A stretch of DNA of 64,000 nt. Origin: Acutalibacteraceae bacterium. GTDB taxonomy: Bacteria; Bacillota; Clostridia; Oscillospirales; Acutalibacteraceae. The stretch covers positions 63,398 through 127,397 of the forward strand of contig JAZNCO010000099.1 in the NCBI GenBank assembly GCA_045587645.1, read 5' to 3'. The position numbers were made by a program, and so were the translations under genes. Shown in pieces: positions 57,968 through 64,000 of the stretch. Below the pieces are notes generated by a model. That model saw nothing but the letters and a program-made list of their open reading frames with translations, was not told the DNA's origin and did not search any database. Positions within the stretch are counted from its first letter, which is position 1, and the number at the start of each line of letters is the position of its first letter.

Positions 57968-59635
57968 ATGCTTACAGATATTGAAATAGCACAGTCAGTT
58001 ACTCCGAAACATATTACAGAAATTGCAGCAACCGCCGGTGTTGATGAAAAATATCTTGAATTGTATGGCAGAAACAAAGCAAAGGTTGATTTGTCCCTAC
58101 TTAAAGAAAGCAACAGAAAAGATGGAAAATTGATTCTTGTTACAGCCATTACCCCGACTCCTGCAGGCGAAGGAAAAACAACCACCACGATCGGTCTTGC
58201 AGACGGACTACGCAAAATCGGCAAGAATGTTGTTGTTGCTTTGCGAGAGCCTTCCCTCGGTCCCGTTTTCGGTATCAAGGGTGGTGCAGCAGGCGGTGGC
58301 TGGGCTCAGGTTATTCCAATGGAAGACATCAATCTGCACTTCACGGGCGACTTCCATGCAATCGGCGCAGCAAACAATCTGCTTGCAGCTATGCTTGATA
58401 ATCATATTTATCAGGGCAACGCACTGAATATTGATCCGAGAAGAATCACCTGGAAACGCTGCGTTGACATGAACGACAGACAGTTGCGTTTTGTAACCGA
58501 CGGTCTCGGCGGCAGAGTCAACGGCGTGCCCCGTGAAGACGGTTATGACATCACGGTTGCAAGTGAAATCATGGCAGTGCTTTGTCTTTCCTCATCCATT
58601 ACAGATCTCAAAGAAAGACTGTCCCGTATTATTGTGGGTTATACTTATAACGAAGAACCTGTCACAGCAGGTCAGCTGAATGCAGCAGGTGCAATGGCAG
58701 CCCTGCTCAAGGATGCACTCAAGCCGAATCTTGTGCAGACTCTTGAAGGCACACCTGCCTTTGTACACGGCGGTCCCTTTGCAAACATTGCACACGGCTG
58801 CAACTCCGTTATTGCAACAAGAATGGCAATGAAACTCGGTGATTATGCTGTTACGGAAGCAGGCTTCGGTGCTGACCTCGGCGCACAGAAATTCCTTGAC
58901 ATCAAGTGCCGTTATGCAGGTCTCAAGCCCTCAGCAGTTGTTATGGTAGCCACCATCCGTGCGCTTAAAATGCATGGCGGTCTTGCAAAAACCGAGCTTG
59001 CCAATGAAAATCTGGAAGCACTCGAAAAAGGACTTCCCAATCTCCTGCGACATGTTTCCAATATCCGCAATGTTTACAAGCTTCCTTGTGTGGTGGCTGT
59101 CAACCGCTTCCCCACTGATACAGATGCGGAAATCAATCTTGTTATTGAAAAATGCCGTGCATTGGGTGTAAATACCGTTCTTTCCACTGTTTGGGCTGAC
59201 GGCGGCAATGGCGGCACAGAACTTGCTGAAGAAGTTGTCAAGCTTTGTGAAGAAGAAAATGATTTCTCATTCAGCTATGACCTTGATTGCAGCATTGAAG
59301 AAAAGATTGAAGCAGTTGTCAAGCGTGTTTATGGTGGCAAGGGTGTCAACATTCTGCCTACCGCAAAGAAGCAGATCGACAATCTGACAAAACTCGGGTT
59401 TGATAAACTACCCATCTGTGTTGCAAAAACACAGTACAGCTTTTCGGATGATGCAACAAAGGCAGGTGCACCCGAAAACTTTGATATTACAGTAAAAAAT
59501 GTCAAGATTTCCAATGGTGCAGGCTTTATTGTCATCCTCACAGGTGACATCATGACCATGCCCGGCCTTCCGAAGGTGCCGGCAGCCGAAAGAATTGATG
59601 TGGATGAAAACGGTGTTATCTCCGGTCTGTTCTGA
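57968..59635 (+). CDS. fhs: Formate-tetrahydrofolate ligase
   Basis: LTDIEIAQ..., [16 protein letters not shown] and [13 protein letters not shown] motifs. Confidence 0.93.
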   Translation: MLTDIEIAQSVTPKHITEIAATAGVDEKYLELYGRNKAKVDLSLLKESNRKDGKLILVTAITPTPAGEGKTTTTIGLADGLRKIGKNVVVALREPSLGPVFGIKGGAAGGGWAQVIPMEDINLHFTGDFHAIGAANNLLAAMLDNHIYQGNALNIDPRRITWKRCVDMNDRQLRFVTDGLGGRVNGVPREDGYDITVASEIMAVLCLSSSITDLKERLSRIIVGYTYNEEPVTAGQLNAAGAMAALLKDALKPNLVQTLEGTPAFVHGGPFANIAHGCNSVIATRMAMKLGDYAVTEAGFGADLGAQKFLDIKCRYAGLKPSAVVMVATIRALKMHGGLAKTELANENLEALEKGLPNLLRHVSNIRNVYKLPCVVAVNRFPTDTDAEINLVIEKCRALGVNTVLSTVWADGGNGGTELAEEVVKLCEEENDFSFSYDLDCSIEEKIEAVVKRVYGGKGVNILPTAKKQIDNLTKLGFDKLPICVAKTQYSFSDDATKAGAPENFDITVKNVKISNGAGFIVILTGDIMTMPGLPKVPAAERIDVDENGVISGLF

Positions 59636-59644
59636 TTTTAAACA

Positions 59645-59690
59645 TAAAAAATCAAGACTTGCAGTTTTTACATCTGCAAGTCTTTTTTAT
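59645..59690. terminator. Bidirectional rho-independent terminator between fhs and tyrS
   Basis: 11-bp stem AAGACTTGCAG/CTGCAAGTCTT flanked by an A-run and a T-run. Confidence 0.75.
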
Positions 59691-59698
59691 AATTTTTC

Positions 59699-60925
59699 TT
59701 ATTCAATAACCACTTTCAGGAATATCTTTTTGCCTTTTTTGACAACAATGTAACCCTTTTCAAAAGCATCCTTGGAAATAACAGTATTGGGTGCTGTCAT
59801 TTTTTCATCGTCAACAGAAATACCGCCCTGTTCAATGAGTCTTCTGGCTTCACCCTTGGAGGGGGCAAGCTTGGTTGTTGCAAGAAGAGCAGTCAGCATA
59901 ATGCCGCCGTCAACGAAATCTGTTTCGCTGATTGCTGCGCTGGGCATCGTGGAAACATCTGCGCTGTTGGAAAACAGAGCCTTTGCAGTAGCTCTTGCCT
60001 TTTCAGCTTCTTCTTCACCATGGATGAGCTTGGTTACTTCGTATGCAAGTCTTTCCTTAACCGCATTCAGTTCGCTGCCGGTGCACTTTTCATATTCGAC
60101 AATTTCTTCAAGAGAAACGAATGTGAGCATCTTCAGGCACTTGATAACATCGGCATCGTCAACGTTTCTCCAGTACTGATAGAATTCATATGGAGAAGTC
60201 TTTTCGGGATCAAGCCAGACGGCACCTCCTTCGGTTTTGCCCATCTTCTTGCCTTCACTTGTAAGCAGAAGATTAAAGGTCATACCGTAGACTTCCCTGC
60301 CGTCACAACGGCGATTCAGCTCAATACCGCCGATGATATTGCTCCACTGGTCATCACCGCCGAGCTGCATAATACAGTTCTGTGTGCGTGCAAGATGCAG
60401 GAAGTCATAGCTCTGCATGATCATGTAGTTCATTTCAAAGAAGGTAAGTCCCTTTTCCATTCTCTGCTTGTAGCATTCAGCAGCAAGCATACGATTGACA
60501 GAGAAATGCACACCGATTTCACGCATGAAATTGATGTAGTTGAGATTCAGAAGCCAATCGGCATTATTAACCATAATGGCTTTTCCGTCAGAAAAGTCAA
60601 CAAGACGGGACATCTGCTTGCGGAAGCATTCAATGTTGTGATCAATGGTTTCACGGGTGAGCATTTTTCTCATATCGGTCTTACCCGAGGGATCACCGAC
60701 CATACCCGTACCGCCACCAAACAGTGCAATGGGTGTGTGACCTGCTCTCTGCATGTGTGCCATTACCATAACCTGCACAAAGTGTCCGACATGAAGGCTG
60801 TCTGCCGTGGGATCAAAGCCGATATAAAAACGAATCTTTTCATTGGTGATAAGATCCTTGATTTTTTCTTCATCCGTAGTCTGTGCAATCAAACCTCTTG
60901 CTTTGAGTTCTTCAAAAACAGTCAT
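59699..60925 (-). CDS. tyrS: Tyrosine-tRNA ligase
   Basis: HVGH motif (SLHVGHF), a KMSKS-like KKMGKTE motif and a C-terminal S4 domain. Confidence 0.92.
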   Translation of the reverse strand: MTVFEELKARGLIAQTTDEEKIKDLITNEKIRFYIGFDPTADSLHVGHFVQVMVMAHMQRAGHTPIALFGGGTGMVGDPSGKTDMRKMLTRETIDHNIECFRKQMSRLVDFSDGKAIMVNNADWLLNLNYINFMREIGVHFSVNRMLAAECYKQRMEKGLTFFEMNYMIMQSYDFLHLARTQNCIMQLGGDDQWSNIIGGIELNRRCDGREVYGMTFNLLLTSEGKKMGKTEGGAVWLDPEKTSPYEFYQYWRNVDDADVIKCLKMLTFVSLEEIVEYEKCTGSELNAVKERLAYEVTKLIHGEEEAEKARATAKALFSNSADVSTMPSAAISETDFVDGGIMLTALLATTKLAPSKGEARRLIEQGGISVDDEKMTAPNTVISKDAFEKGYIVVKKGKKIFLKVVIE

Positions 60926-60939
60926 TTGTTTTTCCTCCT

Positions 60940-61195
60940 AAAAAATAACGTCCCCGGAAATACTCCGAGGACGCAGAATAAGCGTGGTACCACCTCAGTT
61001 TATCATACCCTCACGGATATGACCTTACGAAGTCAAAAAACTTCCGGCGCTGTAACGTGCGCACACGACAATACCTACTATCAGTTCAGCATTGCAGCTC
61101 AGGGATGTATTTCTACTGTTCCTCACGGTTTCTTACACCAACCGAAACCTCTCTTCGCATCAGACATCAGTTTACTTCTTCCCGTCTCAGCCATT
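60940..61195 (-). promoter_or_regulatory. T-box leader (tRNA-Tyr sensing) of tyrS
   Basis: On the minus strand: stem I region with GCGAAGAGAGG; specifier loop AGTAGAAA-TAC-A, with the UAC Tyr codon at 61109-61107; T-box GGTGGTACCACG at 60994-60983; and terminator GTCCTCGGA...TCCGGGGAC plus TTATTTTTT at 60972-60940. Confidence 0.85.
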
Positions 61196-61201
61196 GAAAG
61201 T

Positions 61202-61230
61202 ATTATACACACAAGATAAATGATTGTCAA
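61202..61230 (-). promoter_or_regulatory. Consensus sigma-A promoter driving the tyrS T-box leader
   Basis: Minus strand reads TTGACA, a 17-nt spacer, then TATAAT, an exact consensus. Confidence 0.7.
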
Positions 61231-61235
61231 GTGTT

Positions 61236-62894
61236 TTATTTTAACACACCTGCATCCACAAGCAACTGCCTTGCAGCATCCCGATGCACCTGTGTAAGTG
61301 TTATACCGCCATTCATACGGGCAAGCTCATTGATTCTGCCATCCGTATCAAGTGCTGTTATGGATGTATATGTCTTATCATCACGAACAGTTTTTTCAAT
61401 CAGAAAATGTTCGTCTGCACGGCAGGCAATCTGCGAAAGATGTGTAATACACAGCACCTGCCTGTTAATAGCAGCTTGTTTAAGTTTTTTTCCGATCTTT
61501 TCTGCTGCCCTGCCGCTGACACCGGCATCAATTTCATCAAAAATCAAAGTACCGACAATATCCTTATCCGCAAGAGCATTCTTGATTGCCAGCATCACAC
61601 GGGACAATTCACCACCTGAAGCAACCTTTGTCAAGGGTTTTGCATCTTCTCCGGGGTTAGCGGTAATATAGAATTCAATGGCATCCGTACCCGTTTCGGA
61701 TGGTTCAATCGGAGTAAACACAACAGAAAATTCCGCATTGGGCATATCCAGAAAATGCAATTCGTTTTCTATACAAATACGAAGCTTTTCAGCAGCTAAT
61801 CTGCGATTGTCAGAAAGCACTTTTGCAGCTTCTTGCAACGCCTGCTCTGCTTTATCACATTTTACCTGTAATTTCTCTATAACTGCTTGTGCATTCAACA
61901 AATTATCATATTCATCCCGACAATTCTGCAGAAACGCAAGCATTTGTTCTTCATCATTACCATACTTTTTAGAAAGCCGGTACAATAGATCCAGGCGCTC
62001 TTCAATCTGATCCAGATCTGCACCTGCTCCGTCGACCTGGGACAATACAGAAGCGGTTTCGTCACGGCAATCGGATAAAATTGCAATTGCTTCATGGATA
62101 CTGTTATTCAGTGCAGATACAGAAGGACTGACCTTTGCCGCAGATTCGATACAATGCACGGCATCATCAGCAGATGAAACAGCCGTGTCAAGTGAAGCAA
62201 AAGCACCGTTGAGAGCTTTGTTGAGTTTATCGAGATTGCGGATCATCTTTTTTTGCGCATTCAACTGATCGCGCTCACCGACTTTGATATCGGCAACCTC
62301 CAGTTCACGGATCTGATATTGCAAAAGATCCATTCTGCGGTCTTTATCCGCTTCTGCCTGCAGCGCTTTTTTAAATTCAGCTTTGCATGTAGACCAAGAT
62401 GTAAAAGCATCTGTATAAGCATTGAAATTATCTTCAAGATCACCATATCGGTCTACATATTGATAATGTTGCTCTGCATTCAACAAATCCTGACTATCAC
62501 GCTGACCGTGAATATTCATCAGCATCATTCCGATTTTGTGCAAAACAGAAACTGTGACCGTTGCACCGTTTACATGACAAATATTTCTGCCGTCCTTGTA
62601 CAGCTTACGGTTCAACAAAAGACTGCCATCCTTTTCAACAGGCAACCCCAACGAAAGCAGCATTTCGTTAACCTGTTCTGCGACAAAAGTAAAATAAGCC
62701 GAAACATGAGCCGAAGCACATCCTGTACGAATGAGTTCACGGGATGTCTTTTCGCCGAGAACGGCATTGATTGAGTCAATAATAATTGACTTACCTGCAC
62801 CTGTTTCACCAGTCAACACATTAAATCCGTTGACAAAATCAACAGATGCTTTTTCAATGATGGCAATATTTTCAATCTGTAAATTGAAAAGCAT
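61236..62894 (-). CDS. recN: DNA repair protein RecN
   Basis: N-terminal Walker A GETGAGKSIIIDS, a long coiled coil and the C-terminal signature ASGGELSRVMLA followed by LIFDEIDAGVSG. Confidence 0.92.
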   Translation of the reverse strand: MLFNLQIENIAIIEKASVDFVNGFNVLTGETGAGKSIIIDSINAVLGEKTSRELIRTGCASAHVSAYFTFVAEQVNEMLLSLGLPVEKDGSLLLNRKLYKDGRNICHVNGATVTVSVLHKIGMMLMNIHGQRDSQDLLNAEQHYQYVDRYGDLEDNFNAYTDAFTSWSTCKAEFKKALQAEADKDRRMDLLQYQIRELEVADIKVGERDQLNAQKKMIRNLDKLNKALNGAFASLDTAVSSADDAVHCIESAAKVSPSVSALNNSIHEAIAILSDCRDETASVLSQVDGAGADLDQIEERLDLLYRLSKKYGNDEEQMLAFLQNCRDEYDNLLNAQAVIEKLQVKCDKAEQALQEAAKVLSDNRRLAAEKLRICIENELHFLDMPNAEFSVVFTPIEPSETGTDAIEFYITANPGEDAKPLTKVASGGELSRVMLAIKNALADKDIVGTLIFDEIDAGVSGRAAEKIGKKLKQAAINRQVLCITHLSQIACRADEHFLIEKTVRDDKTYTSITALDTDGRINELARMNGGITLTQVHRDAARQLLVDAGVLK

Positions 62895-62905
62895 GGCAGT
62901 AAAAC

Positions 62906-63367
62906 TTATTTAATACTCGAAATTACTTCGTCGATCGTCTTTTTAATGTCAGCCGCACCTGCTTCATTGCGACAAAGTATAAAAATAGTATCATCGCCTG
63001 CAAGCGTACCGACCACACCGGGAAGATTCATGGAATCAATTGCAGCACAGGCTGCCTGCGCGGTACCGACATGGCACTTGACAAGACAGATTCCCATAGC
63101 ACAATCCGTATAAACGACAGATTCAGCAAAAATAGCATGATATTTATTAAGCTTGCTATCCGGATTATTTGCAGGAATACAGTATTTATATTCACCAGTT
63201 GCAGAAGATTGCTTCACGATACGAAGCTCTTTGATATCTCTTGAAACCGTTGCCTGTGTAACCTCAACACCTGCTTCACACAGTTTGTTCATCAGGTCTT
63301 CCTGTGTGCTGACACAATTCTGCTCAATAATCTGCACAATCAATGCCTGTCTGTTTTTTTTCAACAT
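62906..63367 (-). CDS. argR: Arginine repressor
   Basis: Winged-helix region TQEDLMNKLCEAGVEVTQATVSRDIKEL and C-terminal GTLAGDDTIF. The ATG at 63367 follows GAAGGA. Confidence 0.9.
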   Translation of the reverse strand: MLKKNRQALIVQIIEQNCVSTQEDLMNKLCEAGVEVTQATVSRDIKELRIVKQSSATGEYKYCIPANNPDSKLNKYHAIFAESVVYTDCAMGICLVKCHVGTAQAACAAIDSMNLPGVVGTLAGDDTIFILCRNEAGAADIKKTIDEVISSIK

Positions 63368-63386
63368 CACATTTCCTTCTTTCAAT

Positions 63387-64000
63387 TTACCGATTGAGTG
63401 ACATTTTGACATTCAGAACATCTACAAAGTTAATCGGTTTGATTTTTATAAATTCTGCCTTGATATCGGCTTTTGTAACCTTTATAACAGAGTTCTCATG
63501 CAAAGTAACGGGATCTTCACCATCATAAGATGCAACAAGTGTGCTTGTATCTCTGCGCTTTCCGCAGGATAATTCAAGCACGGAATCCGGTCTGAAAATA
63601 AACGGACGAAGATTCAGCTGATGAGGACAAACAGGCGTCAACAGCATGGCATCCAATGTAGGTTCAGCAATCGGCCCTCCTGCAGCCAATGTATAAGCTG
63701 TTGAGCCTGTCGGTGTTGAAACAATAACACCGTCTGCAATATAATCAGCAATCAATTGACCCGACAAACGAACTTCAATATCAACAAGACTCATGTTGTT
63801 CATTCCTCGTGAAACAACAAGATCATTGACACAGATACCGCTTGTAACAAGTTGGTCGTTTTCATAAAGATCAGCCCGAAGCAGCATCCGTTCTTCAATT
63901 TCATATTCACCCGTCAGCAGACAATGAAGCATCTGCAGTTCATCGGCATCGACTCCGCAAAGATAAGCAAGATGCCCTGCATTGATACCGAGTATACGCT
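63387..64000 (-). CDS. nadK: NAD kinase, N-terminus outside the window
   Basis: The reading frame stays open to the window edge (...GINAGHLAYL...). Motifs NDLVV and STPTGSTAYTLAAGGPI are present. Confidence 0.85.
   Translation of the reverse strand, partial: RILGINAGHLAYLCGVDADELQMLHCLLTGEYEIEERMLLRADLYENDQLVTSGICVNDLVVSRGMNNMSLVDIEVRLSGQLIADYIADGVIVSTPTGSTAYTLAAGGPIAEPTLDAMLLTPVCPHQLNLRPFIFRPDSVLELSCGKRRDTSTLVASYDGEDPVTLHENSVIKVTKADIKAEFIKIKPINFVDVLNVKMSLNR

Noticed and set aside
60020-61219. 399-aa plus-strand ORF
   Set aside because: It is antisense to tyrS and runs through the T-box leader, whose elements are all readable on the minus strand. It is a typical shadow ORF.

Overview
This is a chromosomal segment from a low-GC, endospore-forming Firmicute (Clostridia-like). 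The taxon call rests on a complete spoIIIAA-AH operon, spoIIGA-sigE, an IspH-S1 fusion gene, a T-box leader and sigma-A type promoters. Most of the window is densely packed housekeeping. It includes a host-glycan trimming trio (GH27, GH95, GH33), ispH-rpsA, cmk and a topo IV-like parE/parC pair. It also carries secG with tRNA-Lys, nrdR, proC, glpK, serC-serA, ftsEX with an M23 peptidase, guaB, fhs, tyrS and nadK-argR-recN. The stand-out is a three-gene minus-strand operon at 39860-44882: a TerB-N/TerB-C protein, a DUF2791/BrxD-like P-loop ATPase and an Lhr-like SF2 helicase. Its near-consensus promoter contains a perfect palindrome. The gene content matches the mechanistically unexplained Shango-type anti-phage module, and it sits between ordinary genes with no mobility genes. 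Secondary observations: (1) an EndoA/MazF-type toxin gene has no canonical antitoxin gene and is paired with an acidic DUF1292 gene in its own promoter-to-terminator unit. (2) The secG stop codon overlaps the 5' end of tRNA-Lys. (3) The GH27 enzyme carries a large CBM-like insertion. (4) There is a YfhO fusion with a DUF4234-like tail. (5) FtsE has an acidic tail. (6) A structured GC-rich intergenic patch lies downstream of sigE. No CRISPR array, transposase, integrase or rRNA was seen. All calls come from reading the supplied translations and sequence by eye; no database search was run.
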